Below, in pieces: positions 8,083 through 16,853 of a DNA stretch of 64,000 bases. The number at the start of each line of letters is the position of its first letter. Positions within the stretch are counted from its first letter, which is position 1. Source of the stretch: Candidatus Woesearchaeota archaeon (GTDB lineage Archaea; Nanobdellota; Nanobdellia; SCGC-AAA011-G17; PNOQ01); the NCBI GenBank assembly GCA_018663865.1, contig JABJPM010000025.1, positions 9,024-73,023 of the forward strand. The letters are read 5' to 3'. The position numbers were made by a program, and so were the translations under genes. The notes beneath the pieces are model-generated. The model was not told where the DNA came from. It ran no database searches and worked only from the letters and a program-made list of their open reading frames with translations.

Positions 8083-9210
8083 TTAATCTACAAAATCAAT
8101 ACCAAGTTCATTTTCAATTTCTTTTTTCTCAACTTCTTTATTGATTTTCCTTGGTCCGAAGATTTGAGGGCTGTGAACACCTGTGACAATCAACATAACC
8201 CTCAATGTTTTTTCTAAATCTTCCATAACTTGTGCTCCCCAAATAATTCTTGCATCTTCATCAAGTTTTTCAGAAACAGATTCGACAACTTTTTTTGCTT
8301 CTTCCAAAGTCATATCTGCGCCACCACAAACATTGATCAAAGCGCCGTTTGCACCAGTTATATCTACATCTAATAATGGATTATGGATTGCCTTTTCTAC
8401 AGCTTCTCCTGCACGATTTTCACTATCGGATTCACCGACGCCAATCATTGCAACCCCGCCATTCCCCATCACAGTTTTTATGTCTGCAAAATCAAGATTA
8501 ACCAATCCTGCTTTAGTAACTAACTCTGCAATGCCTTTTACCGCATTCGTCAAGATTTCATCTGCAACCTTAAATGCTGTGTGCAATGGTAGATCGGGAG
8601 CTAACTCCAACAATTTATCATTCGGTATAACAATTAATGTATCCACAATACTCTCCATTTTTTCAAGGCCAAGTATTGCATTCTCATATCTCCTGTGGCC
8701 TTCCATTTCAAAAGGAAGTGTAATAATTCCAACAGTCAATATACCTGCTTTTTTAGCAATATCTGCAATAACGGGTGCAGCACCTGTTCCAGTTCCACCG
8801 CCCATTCCACATGTGATAAATGCCATATCTGCGCCTTTTATAACTTCGCGAATGTCATGTTCACTCTCTCTTGCAGATTCTTCCCCAACTTGAGGAATAC
8901 TTCCTGCTCCAAGTCCCTGAGTCAATTCTTTACCAATTAAAATTTTATGATCTGCATTAGTATATAATAAATCTTGGGCATCAGTGTTAACTGCAACCGT
9001 TTCAGCACCAGTAATTCCCACTTCAGAAATCCTATTAATGGTATTATTTCCTCCACCACCAGCACCAATAACTTTTATTTTCGCCTTCTGTTTTGATAAA
9101 ATTGCTTCCAATTCTTCATCAACAGAGCTTAACCTTTCAGGCATCCTTTTGTCATATCTATTAGGAATAACTGGATTCCTATCTTGAACGTTTTGAATCA
9201 TACTATCCAT
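8083..9210 (-). CDS. ftsZ: Cell division GTPase FtsZ.
   Basis: KVIGAGGGGNNTINRI tubulin signature (GGGTGTG-type) together with the T7 loop. 375 aa. Confidence 0.95.
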   Translation of the reverse strand: MDSMIQNVQDRNPVIPNRYDKRMPERLSSVDEELEAILSKQKAKIKVIGAGGGGNNTINRISEVGITGAETVAVNTDAQDLLYTNADHKILIGKELTQGLGAGSIPQVGEESARESEHDIREVIKGADMAFITCGMGGGTGTGAAPVIADIAKKAGILTVGIITLPFEMEGHRRYENAILGLEKMESIVDTLIVIPNDKLLELAPDLPLHTAFKVADEILTNAVKGIAELVTKAGLVNLDFADIKTVMGNGGVAMIGVGESDSENRAGEAVEKAIHNPLLDVDITGANGALINVCGGADMTLEEAKKVVESVSEKLDEDARIIWGAQVMEDLEKTLRVMLIVTGVHSPQIFGPRKINKEVEKKEIENELGIDFVD

Positions 9211-9291
9211 TTAAAATCCCCCTTATATTTGTCATATGGTATCAAGAAAGGGAATCCAATTTAATTTATAAAGTTAATTATCCTAAAGTGG

Positions 9292-9963
9292 TTATTTAGG
9301 TTTTTCCTCTATAAATTCAATTTTTTTAAGCTCAGGAACTAGTTTTTTGAATTTTTCTGCAAAACTTTTCTGAATTTGTTCCGGCATTTTAATTTTAGAA
9401 GTAATTTCAAGATTTCCCTCTGTTAAAGTCTTACTAAACATGTCAGGGCCAAACATTTCTAACCCAAATTTCATAACACTGTTTACCTTTTCTTTAATAT
9501 CCTCAACTTTTTTTAAAATTTTGAAAGTATAAACTAATTCTCTTCCTGCCAACGGATGGTTAAAATCTAAATTGACCCTCCCTCCACTAACACTTCGAAC
9601 AGTTCCGATCATTCCATCTGCATTAATTTGTAACCCTGGATAAGGGTTCATTTTTTGTTTTCTAAATAAGGACATGGAGACAATTTTCATTTTTTTGGGA
9701 TCTTTTTTACCAAATGCATTATCAGGAGATACCACTATTTCATATTCTTTATCTATATCTTTATCCCCTAATTCAGAATCTAATCCCTGTAAAACATTTT
9801 TTTCACCAATACAAATTGTAATTGGGCCATACTTCATTTTTTCATTATAAATATCATTAGTTTTTGCAATTTTTTGATCGGAAGTATCAAACACTTTATT
9901 CATCAATTTAATCTTACCTGTATATTCCAATTCAACGAAATCGCCTTTCTTTACTTTTACCAT
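9292..9963 (-). CDS. FKBP-type peptidyl-prolyl cis-trans isomerase, long archaeal form with an insert-in-flap domain.
   Basis: MVKVKKGDFVELEYTGK...VNLDFNHPLAGRELVYTFKIL is an FKBP core. 223 aa. Confidence 0.85.
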   Translation of the reverse strand: MVKVKKGDFVELEYTGKIKLMNKVFDTSDQKIAKTNDIYNEKMKYGPITICIGEKNVLQGLDSELGDKDIDKEYEIVVSPDNAFGKKDPKKMKIVSMSLFRKQKMNPYPGLQINADGMIGTVRSVSGGRVNLDFNHPLAGRELVYTFKILKKVEDIKEKVNSVMKFGLEMFGPDMFSKTLTEGNLEITSKIKMPEQIQKSFAEKFKKLVPELKKIEFIEEKPK

Positions 9964-10048
9964 AGTATAGTTTGAGTTTAGACTTATTATTTAAATTTAA
10001 CTGTACAACAAAAACTTTTTAAATTTATTCCCACTCCCCCATGGTAAG

Positions 10049-10336
10049 ATGAACTGGAGAAATGAAATAGAACCGGCAATAAGGGACCATGTTGAAGGGA
10101 GAATAACACAGGCTTCGACAAATAGAGAATCATTAATTCTTTCAAAAAATCCAAGAGAGGCACAACTTTGGTGCGCATTGGGAAATATATCTAAAGAATT
10201 AGCTGAAACAAATATTAAATTAAAATACATGGAAAAAATATTGGCGGATACTTTAATGGAAAAGAAAAAAAAAGTAAGATCCAAGAAGCAACAAAAGGAA
10301 ATTGATGATATTGTAAAGACTTTGGCAAGACTATAA
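10049..10336 (+). CDS. Hypothetical small protein.
   Basis: 95-aa ORF in the fkbp-aIF5A intergenic region with a protein-like composition. The overlapping minus-strand ORFs are Phe-rich and look like junk. No recognisable domain. Confidence 0.3.
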   Translation: MNWRNEIEPAIRDHVEGRITQASTNRESLILSKNPREAQLWCALGNISKELAETNIKLKYMEKILADTLMEKKKKVRSKKQQKEIDDIVKTLARL

Positions 10337-10378
10337 ACAAAAATTTTATAAACTCCCGACTTTCTTTCTTTTTTTATA

Positions 10379-10765
10379 ATGGATACAAAATTAATTCATG
10401 CAAATGGTTTGAAAGTAGGTGGCTTCGTTATTTTCGATGACAAAGCCTGCAAAGTAACATCTATTGAAATTTCCAAAACTGGAAAACACGGACATGCAAA
10501 AGCAAGAATTGCTGCAGCCTCAATAACTGATGGTTCAAAGATCATCAAAGTGTTTCCAGGGCACGACAAAGTTGCAGTTCCAATTATTGAAAAAGAAACT
10601 GCTCAAGTATTGTCTATTGCTGGAGATAAAGCAAATGTTATGGATATGAAATCCTATGAAACATTCGATTTGAATATACCGGAAGATTTAAAAGACCAAG
10701 TAAACGAAGGTGATCAAGTAAATTATTGGATTATCTTAGGTAAAAAAGTCTTAAGATCTAAATAA
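10379..10765 (+). CDS. eif5a: Translation initiation factor 5A (aIF5A).
   Basis: The hypusination loop STSKTGKHGHAK is present. 128 aa. Confidence 0.9.
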   Translation: MDTKLIHANGLKVGGFVIFDDKACKVTSIEISKTGKHGHAKARIAAASITDGSKIIKVFPGHDKVAVPIIEKETAQVLSIAGDKANVMDMKSYETFDLNIPEDLKDQVNEGDQVNYWIILGKKVLRSK

Positions 10766-10767
10766 AA

Positions 10768-10935
10768 ATGGCATCTAAATTTGAAGAAACTCAAGCAAGA
10801 CTATTCAAAAATGTCTTCGTATGCAAGAAATGCAAATCTAAACAAAAGTCTACAACTCAAAAAGTATTGCAAGGAAAAATTCTTTGTAGGAGTTGCGGTG
10901 CAAAAGCGTTTAGAGTATTGAGAAAGTCGAAATAA
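10768..10935 (+). CDS. rpl40e: Ribosomal protein L40e (eL40).
   Basis: Manual translation gives MASKFEETQARLFKNVFVCKKCKSKQKSTTQKVLQGKILCRSCGAKAFRVLRKSK, 55 aa, which fits the L40e pattern ARL..N..VC.KC...N......C..CG...LR.K. It starts 2 nt after the aIF5A stop. It is not in the ORF track because it is under 60 aa. Confidence 0.8.
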   Translation: MASKFEETQARLFKNVFVCKKCKSKQKSTTQKVLQGKILCRSCGAKAFRVLRKSK

Positions 10936-10943
10936 TAATTAAA

Positions 10944-12167
10944 ATGGTGATATCTACTTTTATAGCCGCAAATACGGATTATGTAATGTTAATTTTATTT
11001 GCACTTGTGATGTCAGTAATTTTATATTTCAAAAGAAAGAATTTAGAAGTTCAAAAAATATTATTTCCTTTTTTATATTTAATTATGTACAAAACAAAAT
11101 GGGGCCTAACAAAAATGGATTCCATTGCAAAAAGACTTGAAAAACATAAAAATAAATTAAGTTATACTTCTATTATAGTGGGATTCACAGGAATGGCCAT
11201 TATGACCGCCTTGTTCCTAATGTCCGTTTACAAATATTTCTTTGTTGAACGAGCAGCAGTGGTGGCACCGTTATTGCCTGGATCAACAATACCAGGGATG
11301 CCAACATTATCTTTTGTACACTGGATAATTGCAATTTTCGTTTTAGCAACAGTTCATGAGTTTTCACATGGGATCTTTGCAAGGATGCATAAAATAAAAG
11401 TAAAATCCTCTGGATTCGCATTTATGGGAATAATACTCCCTATAATTCCTGCAGCATTCGTTGAACCGGATGAGGAACAAATGCAAAAGAAATCAAAAAA
11501 AGCACAACTATCTGTACTTTCAGCAGGAACATTTTCAAATTTCATTTTCGCAGGAATATTTTTCCTAATATTATCATTTGTATTAACTCCCATTTCTGGA
11601 GCAATAATGGAACCGCAAGGAGTCATGATTGCAGGTGTTTATGATGGCTCTCCAGCATTCGAAGCAGGAGTAAATGATGGGGAAATTATAGATTCTTATA
11701 ATGGTGTAAAAATAGATTCAACAGATCAATTATTTATAGAATTAAACAAGACGAGCCCATTTGAAAAAGTAGTTTTAGTAACAAAAGAAAATTCATATAA
11801 TGTCGTTCTTGGAGAACACCCAGAGGGTGAAGAAAGGGGTTATATGGGGATTGGATTAGCAAATAAATCTGGAGTAAAACAATCAATACTAGAAAATGTG
11901 GGAAAAATACCAATAAAAATATTTGCTTGGATTTCAGTCTTGATCTATTGGTTATTCTTGACAAATTTAATGGTGGGGCTAGTTAATTTATTGCCACTCG
12001 GAATAGTAGATGGTGGACAAATGTTCTATATCGCATTAGGTTCAATAATTAAAAATGAAAAAACAGTAAAATCCATTTTTGCAGTAGTAAGCATAGCGTT
12101 ATTATTATTATTATTATTCTTTTTACTTCCTGCAATGTGGGGATATTTCACATCACCATTCCAATAA
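10944..12167 (+). CDS. Site-2 protease (M50 family membrane zinc metalloprotease) with a PDZ domain.
   Basis: HEFSHGIFA (HExxH) lies in a transmembrane helix, a PDZ-like segment sits in the middle, and NLLPLGIVDGG (LDG motif) is present. 407 aa. Confidence 0.85.
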   Translation: MVISTFIAANTDYVMLILFALVMSVILYFKRKNLEVQKILFPFLYLIMYKTKWGLTKMDSIAKRLEKHKNKLSYTSIIVGFTGMAIMTALFLMSVYKYFFVERAAVVAPLLPGSTIPGMPTLSFVHWIIAIFVLATVHEFSHGIFARMHKIKVKSSGFAFMGIILPIIPAAFVEPDEEQMQKKSKKAQLSVLSAGTFSNFIFAGIFFLILSFVLTPISGAIMEPQGVMIAGVYDGSPAFEAGVNDGEIIDSYNGVKIDSTDQLFIELNKTSPFEKVVLVTKENSYNVVLGEHPEGEERGYMGIGLANKSGVKQSILENVGKIPIKIFAWISVLIYWLFLTNLMVGLVNLLPLGIVDGGQMFYIALGSIIKNEKTVKSIFAVVSIALLLLLLFFLLPAMWGYFTSPFQ

Positions 12168-12198
12168 TTTTAAAAACTAATTCTGTTTCTAATAATCT

Positions 12199-12933
12199 AT
12201 GTTAGTTGATGTCCACACTCATTTAGATTTACTAGAAAAAGAAAAAGATTTAGACAAAGTGTTAAAAAATTCTGAAAAAGTAAAAGTAATTATTACAAAT
12301 GGCACTGGCCCAGAATCAAATAGGAGAGTATTGGAGATTTCAAAAAAATATGAAAAAGTAAAACCTGCATTGGGCCTTTATCCAGATAAGGCAATCTCTC
12401 TAACCGATGAAGAAATAGAAGATGAAATCAGATTTATAAAAAGTAAAAAACCTGTTGCAATTGGTGAAGTAGGATTAGACAACTACCGGATTGAAAACTT
12501 AGAAAGGCAGAAAAAAGTCTTAATTAAATTCATAAAATTATCAAAAGAATTGGATGTGCCAATAATTATTCATTCAAGAAAAGCAGAGGAAGAAACTTTA
12601 AACATATTAGAAAAAAATGATGCGAAAAAGGTGATTATGCATTGTTTTTCTGGAAACAAGGAGTTAACAGAAAGGGCAGTATCACTAGGATATTATTTTA
12701 CCATCCCTTGCACAATAACAAGAAATAAAACGTTTAGAAAATTATCCAAAAGAATCCCTCTGAATAGATTATTAACTGAAACCGATGCGCCTTATCTTTC
12801 ATCAAGGGATGAAGCAAACGAACCTGCATTTATCGAAGATTCAATAAAAAAGATTGCAGAATTAAAACAATTGAATGAAGAAGAATTAGAAAAAATAATT
12901 TTTATGAATTATCAAAACATATTTTTAAAATGA
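12199..12933 (+). CDS. tatD: TatD-family metal-dependent hydrolase/DNase.
   Basis: MLVDVHTHLD at the N-terminus and a later HCFSG. 244 aa with a TIM-barrel TatD pattern. Confidence 0.85.
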   Translation: MLVDVHTHLDLLEKEKDLDKVLKNSEKVKVIITNGTGPESNRRVLEISKKYEKVKPALGLYPDKAISLTDEEIEDEIRFIKSKKPVAIGEVGLDNYRIENLERQKKVLIKFIKLSKELDVPIIIHSRKAEEETLNILEKNDAKKVIMHCFSGNKELTERAVSLGYYFTIPCTITRNKTFRKLSKRIPLNRLLTETDAPYLSSRDEANEPAFIEDSIKKIAELKQLNEEELEKIIFMNYQNIFLK

Positions 12934-13859
12934 ATATAGATAAAAAGATTTTAGAAAAACAAGGATATAGATTTACGGGCGATCATAGTTCAGTAAAAAT
13001 CTGCTCCTGGACAAAGAACTCATTGCAAGATAAGGGAGAATGTTATAAAAAAAAGTTCTATGGGATAAAAACTCATCGATGTGCCCAAATGACCCCCTCA
13101 ATGATTTGCCCAAACAGATGCGTGTTTTGTTGGAGAGATTTAGACTATTACACTGCAGAGAAGATGGACAAAATTGACGATCCAAAAGAAATAATAAAGA
13201 ATACAATCGAACAACAAAGAAAATTATTATCTGGGATGAAAGGAAACAAAAATATAAATCTAAAAAAATTCCATGAGGCGCAAGATCCAAATCAATTCGC
13301 AATTTCCCTAACTGGCGAACCAACCATTTATCCACGGTTAAACGAATTGTTAATAGAAATTCACAAACTAAATGCAACTTCTTTTTTGGTAACAAATGGG
13401 ATGTTCCCAGATGCACTAAAAAGTTTAGAAGAACTCCCGACCCAAGTCTATCTTTCATTAGATGCTCCAACAAAAGAGATGTACCGGGCAACCGACAACC
13501 CACTAATAAAAGATTTCTGGGAAAGATTAAACAAATCATTAAGGATAATCTCAGAATTAAAAACTAGGACAGTAATACGGATAACGGCCGTAAAAGGAAT
13601 AAATATGTCTAATGAAAAAGAGTATGCAGATTTAATTAAGATTGCGAATCCAAATTGGGTAGAGATAAAATCTTACTCCTTCATTGGCGAATCTAGGGCA
13701 AGATTGGTACAAGAAAATGTACCGACATTCAATGAATGTAAAATTTTTGCAGAAAACATTGGAAAATTTTTGGGTATGAAAATCATAGATACTCACGAAA
13801 GATCAAAAGCAATATTGTTAGCAAAAGAAGAAACAAAAGACAGATTACTCAACAAGTAA
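12930..13859 (+). CDS. taw1: tRNA 4-demethylwyosine synthase (Taw1/TYW1), radical SAM.
   Basis: CPNRCVFCWR (CxxxCxxC radical-SAM motif) plus an upstream Cys cluster for a second Fe-S. The N-terminus ...RFTGDHSSVKICSWTK is typical of Taw1. Confidence 0.8.
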   Translation: MNIDKKILEKQGYRFTGDHSSVKICSWTKNSLQDKGECYKKKFYGIKTHRCAQMTPSMICPNRCVFCWRDLDYYTAEKMDKIDDPKEIIKNTIEQQRKLLSGMKGNKNINLKKFHEAQDPNQFAISLTGEPTIYPRLNELLIEIHKLNATSFLVTNGMFPDALKSLEELPTQVYLSLDAPTKEMYRATDNPLIKDFWERLNKSLRIISELKTRTVIRITAVKGINMSNEKEYADLIKIANPNWVEIKSYSFIGESRARLVQENVPTFNECKIFAENIGKFLGMKIIDTHERSKAILLAKEETKDRLLNK

Positions 13860-14411
13860 ATCAAGACTATTTAAATCGTCATCAATTCTATCTTGACGAG
13901 TATAAATTCCAAATGATGGGCCCAAATCAAACAAGGTTGCCCTTTTGGAATCTTGGACCAAGATATTCGAAGATACAATGTCTAATCCCGCATATCCTCT
14001 TGAATGCATCTCATCTATTTGTGATTTGACACAATTATATTGATGAAAATTCAATAGTTCTCCTTCGACATTTTTCAAGATTGTCCCCGGAATATATTCT
14101 TTTATTAATATTGCAGGATTTCTCCTCCTCCAACCTCCCATTTTGAATGATTCTAAAATTTCAAATTCTTTTTCACTACTGCCCATATAATCTCGATATA
14201 ACATAATTCTTGGCATCCAATCCAAATCTTGATTTTCACGTAATCTTTCCCTTTCTTCATAAAGATCTTGGGCATTTTCAGATTTAACTGCAATCTTTGC
14301 GATAGCAAAATTATCCTCTTTTTCAATTTTATAAACTGCAACGCTACTTGGGCCAATACACTTTAATGGTTCATATCCGAATATCCTAATGTAATCTTTT
14401 TCCCAACACAT
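13845..14411 (-). CDS. Atypical small protein-kinase-like protein (Bud32/RIO/Kdo-kinase superfamily).
   Basis: 188 aa with AIAKIAVK (VAIK-like lysine), HSRGYAGLDIVSSNILV (catalytic-loop-like H..D....N) and LFDLG (DFG-like). Confidence 0.4.
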   Translation of the reverse strand: MCWEKDYIRIFGYEPLKCIGPSSVAVYKIEKEDNFAIAKIAVKSENAQDLYEERERLRENQDLDWMPRIMLYRDYMGSSEKEFEILESFKMGGWRRRNPAILIKEYIPGTILKNVEGELLNFHQYNCVKSQIDEMHSRGYAGLDIVSSNILVQDSKRATLFDLGPSFGIYTRQDRIDDDLNSLDLLVE

Positions 14412-14472
14412 AATATTATTTTTCTGGCATTGTTTATAAGCTTTACTATTTGTAACTACTATTAAGAAATAA

Positions 14473-15060
14473 CTAAACTTTCAAAATCTTCCCTTTATCT
14501 CCAGGATTAATTATTACTGTTTTCCCAACACTATCAATTTGATTGAAATTTTCTTCAATATGTCCGCAAATAACAAGCATTGGTTTTACCTCTTTAATTA
14601 ATTTCAATGCAGATTTACTTCCAACATGTCCTGCCCACTCAATATAATCTGTTTTCGTCCCATATATTGGAGCATGGGTAACAAAAATAACTTTTTTTCC
14701 CTTCGAACGTTTTTTTAAGGAAGGAATAATTTTTTCTAAATCCTTATATCTTTCTGAAAATCCGCCGTACCCATATCCAAAGAATAAGTAATCTCCAACG
14801 ACAATACTTTTTTTATGAAGGAATTTAACTTTTTTATTATTTTTTAATATAGAAAAATCCTCTCCCTCTTCGTGGTTTCCAGGGATGATCAATGTTGGTT
14901 TTTTGAACTTATTAAAATCCTTAATTAGTTTATTAAAATTTTTCCCAAAGTTAGTAAAATCTCCAGCGCAGACAACAATATCTGCCTTTTTTGCCTTGGC
15001 AATTAATCTACTATTTATTGCCCCATAAAAATGAGGATCCGTAAATGCTAATATATTCAT
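14473..15060 (-). CDS. Calcineurin-like metallophosphoesterase (YfcE/MJ0936-like).
   Basis: The DPH, GDFT, GNHE and VTHAPIYG motifs appear in order. 195 aa. Confidence 0.8.
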   Translation of the reverse strand: MNILAFTDPHFYGAINSRLIAKAKKADIVVCAGDFTNFGKNFNKLIKDFNKFKKPTLIIPGNHEEGEDFSILKNNKKVKFLHKKSIVVGDYLFFGYGYGGFSERYKDLEKIIPSLKKRSKGKKVIFVTHAPIYGTKTDYIEWAGHVGSKSALKLIKEVKPMLVICGHIEENFNQIDSVGKTVIINPGDKGKILKV

Positions 15061-15370
15061 AAAAAAAGTTAAATTTAAGGTTTTTTAAAGCTTATTATGC
15101 TTCCAAAAATCCTTGCATGAACCCAGAATCATTGGGATCGATGTCTCCATCCTCTTCAAGGCGGATTACACATTCGATTTCATAGAAATTTGGATCATCC
15201 ATTTTCACACCTTCAGGTGGCAAATTGCACCATTATGAATTAATTTCCAAAATTTCATTTCTAATTCTTCTTCAACAAAATCTTCCCATTGTAAATATTT
15301 AACCATTCAGCATCACCTCCATGACGTATTCAAATTATGTGAAAAATTGTTTATATACCTCACCCGCGAG

Positions 15371-15388
15371 TTTGGCAAGCTGTCAAGC
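15371..15388. repeat. Left copy of a perfect 18-bp inverted repeat, TTTGGCAAGCTGTCAAGC. It contains an internal CAAGC-N3-CAAGC direct repeat.
   Basis: It is the exact reverse complement of 17903-17920. It lies between a TATA-like box (TTTATATA at 15345) and the ATG at 15400. Confidence 0.85.
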
Positions 15389-15399
15389 TAAAAACCAAT

Positions 15400-15825
15400 A
15401 TGGATACCTTTATAAACAGACGATTTAGCCAAGAATTCATGGTAATGCCAAAAAGTAAAGGAAAAAAGAATAATCGTTCAAAGAAAAGTCAAACATTTGA
15501 AGAATATTCAGAAGGAAAAGATTTTTCCAAAAAAGGTTCAAGGAATTCAAAAAGTAGATCTTACGGTAGAGGAGACTCCAAAAGGGGTAATTCGGAAAGA
15601 AGAGATTCAAGAAGAAGAGATAATACTCGGATAGAGAAGACTACTGTTACATGCGATGATTGTAAGGAAAAATGCGAAGTGCCATTCAAACCAACATCTA
15701 ATAAACCAATCTTTTGTGATAATTGTTTCAAAAAGAACAAAGATCAAAAAGATAATAAACACATTAAGGAATTAGAATTAATTAATGAAAAATTAGATAA
15801 AATAATGGTTGCCTTAAAAATTTAG
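15400..15825 (+). CDS. Basic Arg/Ser-rich protein with a C-terminal C4 zinc ribbon. Putative nucleic-acid-binding protein.
   Basis: 141 aa. The middle is an RS/RD-type low-complexity stretch (SRNSKSRSYGRGDSKRGNSERRDSRRRD). The C-terminus is TCDDCKEKCEVPFKPTSNKPIFCDNCF (CxxC-x15-CxxC). Confidence 0.5.
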   Translation: MDTFINRRFSQEFMVMPKSKGKKNNRSKKSQTFEEYSEGKDFSKKGSRNSKSRSYGRGDSKRGNSERRDSRRRDNTRIEKTTVTCDDCKEKCEVPFKPTSNKPIFCDNCFKKNKDQKDNKHIKELELINEKLDKIMVALKI

Positions 15826-15870
15826 ATTTCTAATGGAAAAACATATAAATTAGAAATCTATAATTCTATC

Positions 15871-16437
15871 ATGAGTGATAGGAAATTAGTAAAGTTAGCA
15901 AAAGACTATTGTTACAATTATCACGAGGGTCAATTAAGGAAAGGAACCAAACTTCCTTATCATACCCATCCAATTGCAGTGGCAGAAATTTTAGACGAAT
16001 TTGGATACACAGATGCAACCACAAAATGCATAGCATTATTACATGATGTAATTGAGGATTCTCCAGTAATCACTGGTGAAATAAAGGAAAAATTTGGTTA
16101 TGAAATCGCAAACGGAGTTTATATTCTATCAAAAAATACAATCAATAAAGAGATAATAAAACAATTAGACAATAGTTCACAAATAGACATAAAAAAATTA
16201 TCCCCCGATCAAGTATACAAATTTAGATTATCTTTTGCAAGAAAAAAAGTAAAAAGAATAAAAATAGCAGATTTAATTCACAATACAAGAGATTTAAAAT
16301 CATTGAGTGACAGAGGGATTAAGAAAAAACTTACTAATGCAAAAGAATTTTACATCCCATTGGGAAAAAGAATTGCCCCGTTGATGATAAAAGAATTAGA
16401 AAAAAATATAGTGAAATATAAAAAACAACAAATTTAA
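15871..16437 (+). CDS. HD-domain phosphohydrolase of the RelA/SpoT type. Putative (p)ppGpp pyrophosphohydrolase (small alarmone hydrolase / Mesh1-like).
   Basis: YHTHPIAVAEIL...TKCIALLHDVIEDSPVITGEIKEKFG matches the Rel/Spo HD signature (HP..VA, LLHDvvEDt...I...FG). 188 aa. Confidence 0.7.
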   Translation: MSDRKLVKLAKDYCYNYHEGQLRKGTKLPYHTHPIAVAEILDEFGYTDATTKCIALLHDVIEDSPVITGEIKEKFGYEIANGVYILSKNTINKEIIKQLDNSSQIDIKKLSPDQVYKFRLSFARKKVKRIKIADLIHNTRDLKSLSDRGIKKKLTNAKEFYIPLGKRIAPLMIKELEKNIVKYKKQQI

Positions 16438-16464
16438 ATACAATTAATCAAATTCAATTTTATA

Positions 16465-16818
16465 ATGACAGATTTAATAGCATTTTTATCAACAGGAAAG
16501 GGAACATGGGGCCAAGTAAGTGCCTTAATTAATGCAGAGGGTTGGGATAAAGTTTATTTATTAACAAATGATTTTGGAAAAGAAAAATTCACTGCTGAAG
16601 AAAATACCGAATTAATAGTTGTAAATTCATCCGCCCCCGAAGGGGAATTGAGAGATGAGATTGCAGAAATTCTAAAAGAAAAAGTAAATGGTGAAATTGC
16701 AATAAATTTTGTTTCTGGAACGGGAAAAGAACACATGGCCCTAATTGCAGCACTAATGAAGTCCGGGGTAGGATTTAGATTCGTAGTGCAAACCGATGAA
16801 GGTACAAAAGAACTTTAG
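16465..16818 (+). CDS. Hypothetical small Rossmann-like protein. It may be a CARF/SLOG-like ligand-binding domain.
   Basis: 117 aa. The N-terminus LIAFLSTGKGTWGQV and the C-terminus INFVSGTGKEHMALIAAL resemble the GxS and TGGxK motifs of CARF-type domains, but the match is weak. Confidence 0.3.
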   Translation: MTDLIAFLSTGKGTWGQVSALINAEGWDKVYLLTNDFGKEKFTAEENTELIVVNSSAPEGELRDEIAEILKEKVNGEIAINFVSGTGKEHMALIAALMKSGVGFRFVVQTDEGTKEL

Positions 16819-16853
16819 ATAACTTTATATCTTTCTTTATTTTTATTAAAATC

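Noticed and set aside
8183-9187. Plus-strand ORFs antisense to ftsZ (236, 81 and 67 aa).
   Set aside because: They are Ser/Pro/Thr-rich shadow frames opposite a certain FtsZ gene.
9987-10284. Minus-strand ORFs (63 and 95 aa) in the fkbp-aIF5A gap.
   Set aside because: They are Phe/Ser-rich, junk-like translations. The plus-strand 95-aa ORF (10049-10336) has a more protein-like composition, so I kept that one at low confidence.
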